64,000 nt of DNA, from positions 83,662 through 147,661 of the forward strand of contig JBAZJN010000001.1 of the NCBI GenBank assembly GCA_041651295.1, read 5' to 3'. Source of the DNA: Patescibacteria group bacterium (GTDB taxonomy: Bacteria > Patescibacteriota > UBA1384 > XYA2-FULL-43-10 > CAINNR01). The notes under the pieces are model-generated. The model was not told the origin of the DNA and did not search any database. It saw only the letters and a list, made by a program, of their open reading frames with translations. The number at the start of each line of letters is the position of its first letter. Positions within the stretch are counted from its first letter, which is position 1. Both the position numbers and the translations under genes were made by a program. Positions 10,470-18,628 of this stretch are shown piece by piece.

Positions 10470-10963
10470 ATTTTCAATAAATAAAATTCCAACTCCGGAT
10501 GTAATTTATCGCCATCTTTAATCATTTTTTTCAATCGCGAGATCGAAAAATACTCGACTTTGTCCACATCTTCATTTTCTACTTCAATCGGATCTTTGTA
10601 AATCAATTTATAAAATCGGACAAATTTGTCAGTTTCTGCCGTCGAACTAAAATAGGGAAATTTTCCGATTTCGATTAGCCGGCCTTTGATACCTAGTTCT
10701 TCGGCTAGTTCCCGCCGTGCCGCTTGCAAATAATTCTCTCCAGCGAGAACATGACCGCCGGCCGCCGTGCTCCAGACGCCAGGGAGAAAATCAACTTTTT
10801 TCGATCGCAATTGCAATGCCATTTCGCCATTTTCGTTAAAAACCAAAACATGGACTATGCGATGACGAAGTTTTTCATCATAGATCTCACGTCGAGTCAC
10901 CGATTCCAAAACCCGATCTTTCTCGTCAACAACATCAATTAGTTCGTCTTTATTACTCATCAT
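10466..10963 (-). CDS. NUDIX hydrolase
   Basis: Nudix box GGHVLAGENYLQAARRELAEELGI. Confidence 0.85.
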   Translation of the reverse strand: MMSNKDELIDVVDEKDRVLESVTRREIYDEKLRHRIVHVLVFNENGEMALQLRSKKVDFLPGVWSTAAGGHVLAGENYLQAARRELAEELGIKGRLIEIGKFPYFSSTAETDKFVRFYKLIYKDPIEVENEDVDKVEYFSISRLKKMIKDGDKLHPELEFYLLKI

Positions 10964-10991
10964 TTACAAAAGTATCATATTTTGCTAGAAT
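10963..10991 (+). promoter_or_regulatory. promoter of cassette B
   Basis: TTTACA-17-TAGAAT with TG extension. Confidence 0.45.
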
Positions 10992-11026
10992 TTGCCCCAG
11001 ACTGAACTGAAAGCGAGGTGTTCGGC

Positions 11027-11590
11027 ATGCCGAACATTCGCCTAGCCGGGGCTGATGAAGCAAAAACCAAGGAAGTAGTTAAGATGCTACATCATCTGCC
11101 GGATGTAGTCATCGACAGGGTAGTTGTAACGCGTTATCTGCACCACCCGTGCATTAACAGGCCAATGGCTCAGATTGCCTGTAGCGACGAGGTGCCTCAG
11201 CGGCACCTCAAGCTGATCAGGCAGGCTGTGATGGTGGCTGGCGTCGAGATGCCACACAAGTGGCGTTATACGCCGCCGATGCCACTCTATCCTGCAACCG
11301 TTGCCTTCTGCTACGGACTTAGGGAAGAGCTGTGGAGTCTCTGCTTAACCGAGATCAGCGCTCTGCACTTTGAGCCAGTTCATGTCCCATCAGTCGTCTA
11401 CGACATGAACCTGAAATTCAGTCCATACGCCGAGGTCCGCGGCTTCTGGAGTCCTGAAGTGGCCAACGACATCTGCGTCGCCAGTGCCGCAGCCAAGCTC
11501 AAGAACTACATGGACGTCGAGATGTTCAGTGTCCGCGATGGTGAGATCAAGCTCAGTTTCTGGCTGAAGGGAGCGACAAGCTCACCATGA
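11027..11590 (+). CDS. orphan GC-rich protein, 187 aa (cassette B)
   Basis: AGGTG SD 7 nt before ATG 11027; visibly GC-rich; no recognised motif. Confidence 0.6.
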   Translation: MPNIRLAGADEAKTKEVVKMLHHLPDVVIDRVVVTRYLHHPCINRPMAQIACSDEVPQRHLKLIRQAVMVAGVEMPHKWRYTPPMPLYPATVAFCYGLREELWSLCLTEISALHFEPVHVPSVVYDMNLKFSPYAEVRGFWSPEVANDICVASAAAKLKNYMDVEMFSVRDGEIKLSFWLKGATSSP

Positions 11591-11606
11591 TACGACGAGA
11601 CCACAA

Positions 11607-11636
11607 ACGCCCCAGCGTACCGGGGCGTTATTTTTA
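11607..11636 (+). terminator. intrinsic terminator of cassette B
   Basis: ACGCCCC/GGGGCGT stem followed by a T-run. Confidence 0.7.
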
Positions 11637-11639
11637 TAT

Positions 11640-11704
11640 GTCATTCCCGCGAAAGTGGGAATCTACTAAACTATTCGTGGATCCCCGATCAGGTCGGGGA
11701 TGAC
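11640..11704. repeat. R1 nested-palindromic repeat, copy a
   Basis: GTCATTCCCGCGAAAGTGGGAATCTACTAAACTATTCGTGGATCCCCGATCAGGTCGGGGATGAC; supplies the last codons and stop of the 11689-12735 gene. Confidence 0.8.
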
Positions 11705-12735
11705 TTCGTCATTTCTTTTTTCGGCTCTGATTTATTTTCAACAGTTTTATCTGCTTCGGCTTCTTTTTTCTTCCGGTTTCTTCTGCGAATCAATACTATA
11801 ATCAGAATAATAACTCCGATCCAAAATAGCAACGAAAGTAATGGCCAAAGAATAATCATTATCGGGCTAGAAAAAACATTGGCCAAAAAACCTGCGATGC
11901 CACCGGAATCTTTATTTGCACCATAATCGGCAAGAATTGCGGCAATATCCGGTGTAAATGAGGATTTTGGCGTTGTCGTGGCCGTTCCCGTCGATTTGCT
12001 CGAACTGCCGCTGGTTCCCGATCCGCTGGATGAACTGCCACTTGAACCAGTCGTACCTGACCCACTACTAGATCCGCTACTGGCCACCGGATCGGTCGTT
12101 ATGGCACCAGCAGAACCGGCCGGATTTGTCGTTGAGCCACTATCTGGTGTGCCGGGATCAGCTGCCGAACCGTCGCTGCTTGGATTGTTCGGATCATAAT
12201 AACCATATGTCGCAAACCCATAATCGATAGAATTGAGCCGTGTCCCGTCAATCATTGCGTATCCGGGTGCATAGCATGATGTATTTGTTGTTGCCGACCA
12301 ATAAACCTGGGAGCCATTTTTCGGGACTAAGATAATTGCGTATTCTAATCCCGGATCAATATCTTGCGACGATTCTTCAATGTATTGCCAGTACTCATCA
12401 ATGCGGTTTTCCAAATCAACACTGTGTCTAGCAATCATCTGGTGCGGATTTGAATGCCAATTCCAAATTTGTGCTTCAATTCGAGGCGTTCCGGTTGGAT
12501 TTGTGCCCTTTATACGAACTGATACGGCATTTAGCCAGTTAAAACGAGGTACAAAAACCATCCCTGGTGTTTGGCTGGCCCAAGTGCTAACACCTGAATT
12601 TTGGACTCCATTAACACAGCCCTGATCTGGGTACGACGGGTCAATGGCCGCAACTTTTTCCGTCGCAAAAAATAGAAATGAGTACGCCATTAACAACATC
12701 CCGACAATCGAGATCAATCCAATAACATTTCGCAT
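11689..12735 (-). CDS. surface protein with Ser/Gly/Thr-rich linker and C-terminal TM anchor
   Basis: N-terminal signal anchor, globular domain, SSGSSSGSGTTGSSGSSS linker, TM helix, basic tail; C-terminus lies in repeat R1a. Confidence 0.6.
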   Translation of the reverse strand: MRNVIGLISIVGMLLMAYSFLFFATEKVAAIDPSYPDQGCVNGVQNSGVSTWASQTPGMVFVPRFNWLNAVSVRIKGTNPTGTPRIEAQIWNWHSNPHQMIARHSVDLENRIDEYWQYIEESSQDIDPGLEYAIILVPKNGSQVYWSATTNTSCYAPGYAMIDGTRLNSIDYGFATYGYYDPNNPSSDGSAADPGTPDSGSTTNPAGSAGAITTDPVASSGSSSGSGTTGSSGSSSSGSGTSGSSSKSTGTATTTPKSSFTPDIAAILADYGANKDSGGIAGFLANVFSSPIMIILWPLLSLLFWIGVIILIIVLIRRRNRKKKEAEADKTVENKSEPKKEMTKSSPT

Positions 12736-12782
12736 TTCCCCTGCCTTTTTAAATTTAATTTTTAATAAATTTTAGTAAAAAA

Positions 12783-13337
12783 TTATCGAACAATTCCGAT
12801 TCCCATATACCATTCTTGTGGTTTTTTGCAGACTGGGCAGGTGTCAGGAGCCGAAGTCCCTTTGTGGATGTAGCCGCAATTAAGGCATTTCCATTCGATT
12901 TCTTCATCCGTTTGGTAAAGTTTTCCTGCCTCCAACAAATCAGCCAAAATATTGTAACGCTCTTCATGTTTTTCTTCAACTTCGGCGATTTCTTTAAAGA
13001 GTTTTGCCGCAGCATCATCGCCCTCTTCTTCGGCTATTTTTTGGAAACCGGGATACATTTCGGTGTATTCAAATTTTTCTCCGGCGGCGGCATGACGGAG
13101 ATTTTCCAAAGTTTTGCCAACCGGATCAATTCCGTATGAATTTTCCATTTCAACTGTCGACTTGATATTTTCTAGTTCCTCTTCAGCATGAGCTCGCTCA
13201 TTTTCAGCAGTCTCTTCAAATACCCGGGCAATCCACTCAAATCCCTCTTTTCGCGCCTGTTTGGCAAAAAAAGTGTACTTATTTCTGGCCAATGATTCAC
13301 CAGAGATAGCTTTTAACAAATTTTTTTCTGTTTCCAT
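12783..13337 (-). CDS. rbr: rubrerythrin
   Basis: Ferritin-like EX2H pairs plus C-terminal rubredoxin-like CLNCG..CPVC; AAGGAG SD before METEKNLL start. Confidence 0.85.
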   Translation of the reverse strand: METEKNLLKAISGESLARNKYTFFAKQARKEGFEWIARVFEETAENERAHAEEELENIKSTVEMENSYGIDPVGKTLENLRHAAAGEKFEYTEMYPGFQKIAEEEGDDAAAKLFKEIAEVEEKHEERYNILADLLEAGKLYQTDEEIEWKCLNCGYIHKGTSAPDTCPVCKKPQEWYMGIGIVR

Positions 13338-13408
13338 AATTTCTCCTTTACCATTAATTAATATTTCTCTAATTTTACCCAATTTAACTCATTAAATAAA
13401 GATCAAGA

Positions 13409-13438
13409 TTGACTAAAACAAAGGCTAAGTTATATAAT
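13409..13438 (+). promoter_or_regulatory. promoter of cassette C1
   Basis: TTGACT-18-TATAAT. Confidence 0.5.
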
Positions 13439-13469
13439 CGCGTTAGGACATCTGGATTGGAGGTGCACA

Positions 13470-13925
13470 TTGTCACAATCGCTAAGGTTTGTTGCCGGCA
13501 GTTATGACGAGCAGACGATGTGTATCATCGCCGACGTCCTCGACCAAGGCGGATTTGACAGTTTGTCCGGGATGCTTGGCCACGTGGATCATGGCCGAGG
13601 TCGCTGGCAAACGGCGCTGTACATCCGTCGTCGTGACGGCAGGATCGCCGTGATCGGATATCAGACTATGAGAAAAATCATCCGATTGCTGAGGGAAATA
13701 CCGCTGACATTCGATCTGGTCGTATCATGTCGCGATCTCCAGGGCACGCTTGACTTCCACTGGGCTAACGACATGGAACCGTTCAAACCCCCGATTGGGG
13801 AGGCAGATGACCCATTCTGGGACAGAGGACAATCAACTGACAGAAAACTGACACCGGAGATGCTTTCGAGGATCGCTGATGCCAGACGGGCATCAGGTGA
13901 TGGAGACCTGAATCCAGACCTATAG
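13470..13925 (+). CDS. orphan GC-rich protein, 151 aa (cassette C1)
   Basis: GGAGGTG SD then TTG start; GC-rich; no recognised motif. Confidence 0.55.
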   Translation: MSQSLRFVAGSYDEQTMCIIADVLDQGGFDSLSGMLGHVDHGRGRWQTALYIRRRDGRIAVIGYQTMRKIIRLLREIPLTFDLVVSCRDLQGTLDFHWANDMEPFKPPIGEADDPFWDRGQSTDRKLTPEMLSRIADARRASGDGDLNPDL

Positions 13926-13928
13926 AAC

Positions 13929-13958
13929 CGCCCTCGCATACCGCGCGGGCATTTTTTT
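13929..13958 (+). terminator. intrinsic terminator of cassette C1
   Basis: GCCCTCGC/GCGCGGGC stem followed by T7. Confidence 0.65.
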
Positions 13959-13975
13959 AACAAATATTTTTTGGA

Positions 13976-14012
13976 TAAAAAAACGGAACTCAAGGGGGTC
14001 TCAAGAGTTCCG
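13976..14012 (-). terminator. intrinsic terminator of cassette C2
   Basis: CGGAACTC/GAGTTCCG stem with a T-run on the minus strand. Confidence 0.65.
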
Positions 14013-14025
14013 AAACGGCTGTGAG

Positions 14026-14214
14026 CTACTGCGGGTTAGCTGCCCGCTGCTCGTACGGAGCGATGCTCCCTGTCAGTCTGTTGCCGACGATCACGGACAC
14101 TATCCTGCCGCTAGTCTGACAGATAAGCGCTAGCGGTTCGAACAGAAGTCCTTGTTCGGCCGGCAATGAAGCCGGTGTGCAACAGCACACCGTGATCACT
14201 GCGAGTAGCAGCAA
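14026..14214 (-). CDS. orphan small secreted or lipoprotein-like protein, 62 aa (cassette C2)
   Basis: GGGAGGTG SD 7 nt before TTG; hydrophobic N-terminus MLLLAVITVCCC. Confidence 0.45.
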   Translation of the reverse strand: MLLLAVITVCCCTPASLPAEQGLLFEPLALICQTSGRIVSVIVGNRLTGSIAPYEQRAANPQ

Positions 14215-14304
14215 AGCGTTTCACCTCCCTCCCGCGGGCCGTCGCAGCAAGATTCGCCCGGGTCTTGACCGGATTCTTCTCACTCGACTCCCTGCGACTT
14301 TTTG

Positions 14305-14333
14305 ATATTAGCATATACCTTATTTTTTTGCAA
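14305..14333 (-). promoter_or_regulatory. promoter of cassette C2
   Basis: TTGCAA-17-TAATAT on the minus strand. Confidence 0.45.
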
Positions 14334-14387
14334 ACAAGAAAATCCCCATGGATTTCTGAGCTCAAATATGATAAATTAAATTAGCAA

Positions 14388-14645
14388 ATGAAATATTTTG
14401 TTTACATGATTGAAAATGCCAAAAGCAGACATTACATCGGCATTACCACCGATCCAAAGAGAAGGCTGGCAGAACACAACAATAGCGGTGCTAAATCAAC
14501 CAAACCATTTGGTCCATGGAAATTAATATACTCTGAGGAATTCGAAAACCGATCCGAGGCTTGCAAAAGAGAGTGGCATTTGAAAAATTCCGTTGGCAAA
14601 AAAGAAAAGTCTGAGATAATTGAAAAATTTGGAAATACCAACTAA
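14388..14645 (+). CDS. GIY-YIG nuclease domain protein (85 aa)
   Basis: KYFVYMIEN..HYIGITTDPKRRLAEHN..REWHLK matches the GIY-YIG pattern. Confidence 0.8.
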   Translation: MKYFVYMIENAKSRHYIGITTDPKRRLAEHNNSGAKSTKPFGPWKLIYSEEFENRSEACKREWHLKNSVGKKEKSEIIEKFGNTN

Positions 14646-14692
14646 ACGACTAGATTGAAATATTAATTTATACTCGCTACAATAGCGTGTAT

Positions 14693-15115
14693 ATGGACAA
14701 AAAAGAGTTAACAATTTTGGGTTCCGCCCTTTACGCATGCGAAGGCACAAAAGCACGGAGAGATTATCGAACAAAAAACGGATTCATACGATCCATTGAA
14801 CTGACAAATTCTGATCCAAAAATTGTTTCTGCTTTTTCCAAATTCCTGAAAGAAATATTGAAAGTAGATTGGGATAGAGTCAGAGGACAGCTTTTTCTCT
14901 ACCCGGATTTGAAAGAGCCAGATTTGAAAAAATTCTGGTCAGAAAAATCAGGAATTTCGCAAAACAATTTTCAAAAAAGTATCATTCTTAACGCAAAAAC
15001 TGGAAAATTTAAGGCAAATCCCAATGGGACATTTAAAATTAGGTACAGTTGCAAATCTGACTTCATAAAACTTGAAAAGATTATTGATGAAATGTGGTCG
15101 GGTATAAAATTGTAG
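14693..15115 (+). CDS. hypothetical protein, possibly a LAGLIDADG-like endonuclease
   Basis: ILGSALYACEGTK loosely resembles a LAGLIDADG motif; TTGAAA-17-TACAAT ends 10 nt before the ATG. Confidence 0.35.
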   Translation: MDKKELTILGSALYACEGTKARRDYRTKNGFIRSIELTNSDPKIVSAFSKFLKEILKVDWDRVRGQLFLYPDLKEPDLKKFWSEKSGISQNNFQKSIILNAKTGKFKANPNGTFKIRYSCKSDFIKLEKIIDEMWSGIKL

Positions 15116-15123
15116 TATCATTT

Positions 15124-15214
15124 GGTGGGATCGCATAGTTGGTCTAGTGCGCACGATTGGAAATCGTGTAGGGTCGCAAGATTCTCGAGGGTTCGAATCC
15201 CTCTCCCACCGCCA
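15124..15214 (+). tRNA. tRNA-Ser (anticodon GGA), CCA encoded
   Basis: Acceptor GGTGGGA/TCCCACC, anticodon stem CACGA/TCGTG with loop TTGGAAA, long variable arm, T-arm GAGGG-TTCGAAT-CCCTC, 3' GCCA. Confidence 0.9.
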
Positions 15215-15236
15215 TTGAAGAATAAATAAACATCAT

Positions 15237-15830
15237 ATGAAAAAAACTATAGCTTACGTAATATCGGGGATAATTCTCACAATATTTTCAGGCGCATTAT
15301 ATGATTTCGTTGTAAAACCTAACATATTTATGTTAGCTAAATGTTTAGTCAATTATGTTAATAGCTTCAATGACGAAACATATCTAATAATTGCGAAATC
15401 TTTCCACGAACAGTCGGCTAGTTCTCTTTGGATTACAACATTAATATCTTTAGCTTGGTTACTTTTGTGGCTTTCGATAGTACTTATTATTACTGGATAT
15501 TTCCGGCATTCAAAGTCACCAAATCGGATTTTAAAATATGTTGAATCAGTTCCAACAACAAAACTACGCTGGATAATGTTTGTTCTAAGTTGTCTCTTAT
15601 TTGCAATTTCCTTATTCGGTGCAGCACAGCACCAGTACATTAACGATGCAATAACTTATTATCAGCAACTCAGAGCTATAGATGCTCCATTTATCTCCGA
15701 AATTCAATTGAAAGAATATGACTCAAAATTTGCTCAAATCAAGAACAAATCGGATTATATTATAATAATTAATTCGCTTGAAGAGATCTCAGACACCAAC
15801 AAACAGACTCATCCAATTTTCCAACCATAA
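15237..15830 (+). CDS. membrane protein, unknown function
   Basis: Three or four TM helices; AT-rich like the backbone. Confidence 0.55.
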   Translation: MKKTIAYVISGIILTIFSGALYDFVVKPNIFMLAKCLVNYVNSFNDETYLIIAKSFHEQSASSLWITTLISLAWLLLWLSIVLIITGYFRHSKSPNRILKYVESVPTTKLRWIMFVLSCLLFAISLFGAAQHQYINDAITYYQQLRAIDAPFISEIQLKEYDSKFAQIKNKSDYIIIINSLEEISDTNKQTHPIFQP

Positions 15831-15863
15831 TTTATGGTAGAATAATATCAATCTTTTGCCATT

Positions 15864-15894
15864 AAAAAAACCGCTCATTTTCAGCGGATTTTTT
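15864..15894. terminator. bidirectional terminator
   Basis: A-run, CCGCT..AGCGG hairpin, T-run. Confidence 0.6.
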
Positions 15895-15898
15895 AATT

Positions 15899-15962
15899 AT
15901 CATCCCTAAAAAGTCGGGAAATTACTAAACTATTTTTGGATCCCCGCCTTCGCGAGGACGAC
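15899..15962. repeat. R1 repeat, degenerate copy b
   Basis: ATCATCCCTAAAAAGTCGGGAAATTACTAAACTATTTTTGGATCCCCGCCTTCGCGAGGACGAC. Confidence 0.6.
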
Positions 15963-15966
15963 CGCT

Positions 15967-18321
15967 TTAGCGGTCTATAATATTCTGCATCATTAAGCGT
16001 TTTTCGACAGAGGCGATGATTTTGCGGGTTTGGATTGCAACGTCTGGTGTGACCGAAACCGAAGTTGCTCCGTTTCTAACCATCAGCTCGGTAAATTCAG
16101 GATAAATTGATGGTGCCTGGCCACAAACTGACACAGTCACATTATGTTGCCGGCAAGTCTTAATTACATATTCAACCGAAAGCGAAATCGCTTCGTCCCT
16201 TTCATCAAATGATTTGGCCAAATTTTGATTATCACGATCACAGCCTAAAGTTAATTGCGTTAAATCATTGGTTCCTAAGGAAACTCCGTCGATGCCGACC
16301 GAGATAAATTTCTCAAGCAAAATCACATTTGATGGAACTTCAACCATCATCCAAAGCTTAAAATCGGGACCGCGATACAAACCTGCCGCCTCCACCAATT
16401 CCTTAACTTTTTGCATTTCTGAAACCGTACGGACAAATGGAATCATTAGGTGCAAATTCACTAAGTCCATCTTATTACGAACGATTTTCAACGCTTCAAG
16501 TTCGAGGTTAAATACATCCGGATTGGTGATATAACGTAGGGCGCCGCGCATACCGATCATTGGGTTGTCTTCCTCGCCTTCGTATTTGTCGCCGCCTTTT
16601 AGTCCTCGATATTCGTTGGTTTTGAAGTCAGTTGTTCGATAAATAACCGGTCTGGGCGCAAATGCTCCGGCAATAGTGCCTATCCCCTGAGCTAATTTTG
16701 TGGTAAACTCTTCGCCCCTACCGGATTCAATCATCGCCCGAGGGTGTTCCCCGATTCCAGCCATCATAAACTCGGCTCGGAGCAGCCCGACGCCATCCAC
16801 AGGCAACGCAGCAAACTCCGCGGCTTTTTCCGGCTCGGCCAAATTCAAATAAACCTTTGTTCCGGTTATTGGGATCTCTTCTGTCAGAGCCAATCCGCCG
16901 ACGGATTGTGATTTTGTCTCAATTCTCCGCGGATCGGCAGCCGATAATTTTACGGCTCCTTTATAAACAACACCTTTTGCGCCGTCAACAGTTACGACTT
17001 GACCGGTTTTTAATTTGGCTGTAGCCGTTCCCGTTCCAACAACACAGGGAATGCCAAGTTCGCGAGAGACTATTGCCGCATGACAAGTCCGGCCGCCGGT
17101 ATCAGTGATAATCCCTTTTGCCCTTTTCATCGCCGGAACAAAATCTGGGGTTGTCATTTCAGTAACCAAAATATCACCCTCTTGAATCAGATCGTTTTGT
17201 TCTCGACTGTGAATAATTTTTACCGGGCCAACCGCCGAGCCAAGTGAGGCAGCGGCACCGTGCAGAATAACTTCGGCCTGGTTTTTTTCAATAGATCCTG
17301 CGTCTCCCTGAACTTGTGACTTTCGACTTTCAACTTTCGACTTATCTAGTGTTGTTATTGGCCGTGACTGTACCATGTATATTTTATTACCGGCAATAGC
17401 AAACTCAGTATCTTGTGGTGAATTGTAATGTTCTTCAATTTTCTTACCAAGTTTAGCCAACTCTATGACTTGAGCATCAGTAATTTTTTGATCTTTTCTA
17501 TCAGCCATTGGAACTGCGACGTGTTTGTCTCCGCCACCTGCTGCTCGAATTATCTGCCAAGGTTGGCTATTAACCTCTTTAGCGACAATTGCTTCTGTTG
17601 TTTTATCAACAATGTAGCGATCTGGAGTGACTGAGCCTGAAACGATTGCCTCACCTAAACCAAAACCAGCCTCAATAATAATTTTGTTTGTGTCACCAGT
17701 GACAGGATCAACAGTGAACATAATACCGGATTTTTCTGATTGAACCATTATTTGGACCGGGACAGCCAAGCCAACTTTCATTTGATCATATTTATTGATT
17801 GCTCGATAATAAATTGCTCTAGCTTCAAAAAGTGATGCGTAGCATTTCTGCAGGGCAGCAACTACTTCAGCTGGTCCCTTAGTGTTTAAAAATGTCGCTT
17901 GCTGACCAGCAAAAGAATCATCTGCGCCATCTTCAGCAGTCGCTGACGAACGAACAGCAACTTCAACATCACCAAGTTCTCGATAATTTTTTTCAACTTC
18001 TAAAGCGATCTCTGCTGGCATTTTAGCCGAAAGGATATGACGCTTAATTACATTTGATAGTGAATTTAGTTTTTTTGAATCTTCCGGGTTAATGCCTCTT
18101 AATGCCTGTGCAATTGCAGGGCCAATCCCAGTTTTTTCCAAAAAGTAATTATATCCATCGACTGTAACAATAAAGCCATTGGGGACAGGAAAACCACCAC
18201 GAGTTAACTCACCTAAATTCGCACCTTTACCGCCGACAGTAGCTGTATCATCTTTACCAACATCTTTGAACCAGAGAACAAATGGTTTGTGATTTATCTT
18301 CTTTGCTATAATTCCCTCCAA
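15967..18321 (-). CDS. ppsA: phosphoenolpyruvate synthase (pyruvate, water dikinase)
   Basis: N-terminal PPDK_N-like domain, phosphohistidine motif GGRTCHAAIVSRELGIPCVVG, C-terminal PEP-utilising TIM barrel. Confidence 0.9.
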   Translation of the reverse strand: MEGIIAKKINHKPFVLWFKDVGKDDTATVGGKGANLGELTRGGFPVPNGFIVTVDGYNYFLEKTGIGPAIAQALRGINPEDSKKLNSLSNVIKRHILSAKMPAEIALEVEKNYRELGDVEVAVRSSATAEDGADDSFAGQQATFLNTKGPAEVVAALQKCYASLFEARAIYYRAINKYDQMKVGLAVPVQIMVQSEKSGIMFTVDPVTGDTNKIIIEAGFGLGEAIVSGSVTPDRYIVDKTTEAIVAKEVNSQPWQIIRAAGGGDKHVAVPMADRKDQKITDAQVIELAKLGKKIEEHYNSPQDTEFAIAGNKIYMVQSRPITTLDKSKVESRKSQVQGDAGSIEKNQAEVILHGAAASLGSAVGPVKIIHSREQNDLIQEGDILVTEMTTPDFVPAMKRAKGIITDTGGRTCHAAIVSRELGIPCVVGTGTATAKLKTGQVVTVDGAKGVVYKGAVKLSAADPRRIETKSQSVGGLALTEEIPITGTKVYLNLAEPEKAAEFAALPVDGVGLLRAEFMMAGIGEHPRAMIESGRGEEFTTKLAQGIGTIAGAFAPRPVIYRTTDFKTNEYRGLKGGDKYEGEEDNPMIGMRGALRYITNPDVFNLELEALKIVRNKMDLVNLHLMIPFVRTVSEMQKVKELVEAAGLYRGPDFKLWMMVEVPSNVILLEKFISVGIDGVSLGTNDLTQLTLGCDRDNQNLAKSFDERDEAISLSVEYVIKTCRQHNVTVSVCGQAPSIYPEFTELMVRNGATSVSVTPDVAIQTRKIIASVEKRLMMQNIIDR
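17318..17343. repeat. in-frame ACTTTCGACTTT-type repeat inside ppsA
   Basis: GACTTTCGACTTTCAACTTTCGACTT encodes KSKVESRKS in an interdomain linker; related motifs at 30029-30051 and 35869-35902. Confidence 0.5.
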
Positions 18322-18329
18322 AAAAATGT

Positions 18330-18599
18330 TTATTTTGCCAAAAGCCCTAACTTACGCTCAACAATTCGCAGTCGATGATCAATCTGATCGGTTCTGGTCA
18401 TAAAAGCTCTGTTAATATCAGCCAGATCAGAAATTTCCCGATTAATATTTTTCTCAACAGTTTTAAATCTCTCACCCATTTCATTCATTATCTGCTGCTT
18501 TGTATTATCAATTTTATCCGACAGATTTTTGGTAACATCATCGGTCGAAAATTCAACTATTTGTTTGATTTGCTTTAAATCATCTTTAGTTAAAGCCAT
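18330..18599 (-). CDS. small coiled-coil protein, unknown function
   Basis: 89-aa ORF, charged heptad-like sequence. Confidence 0.5.
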   Translation of the reverse strand: MALTKDDLKQIKQIVEFSTDDVTKNLSDKIDNTKQQIMNEMGERFKTVEKNINREISDLADINRAFMTRTDQIDHRLRIVERKLGLLAK

Positions 18600-18628
18600 T
18601 CTAGCTCCTTAGAACCATTTTACACCGA

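Noticed and set aside
12755-13018. 87-aa ORF overlapping the rubrerythrin gene in another frame
   Set aside because: It lies within the well-supported rubrerythrin CDS and has a Lys-rich, low-complexity product.
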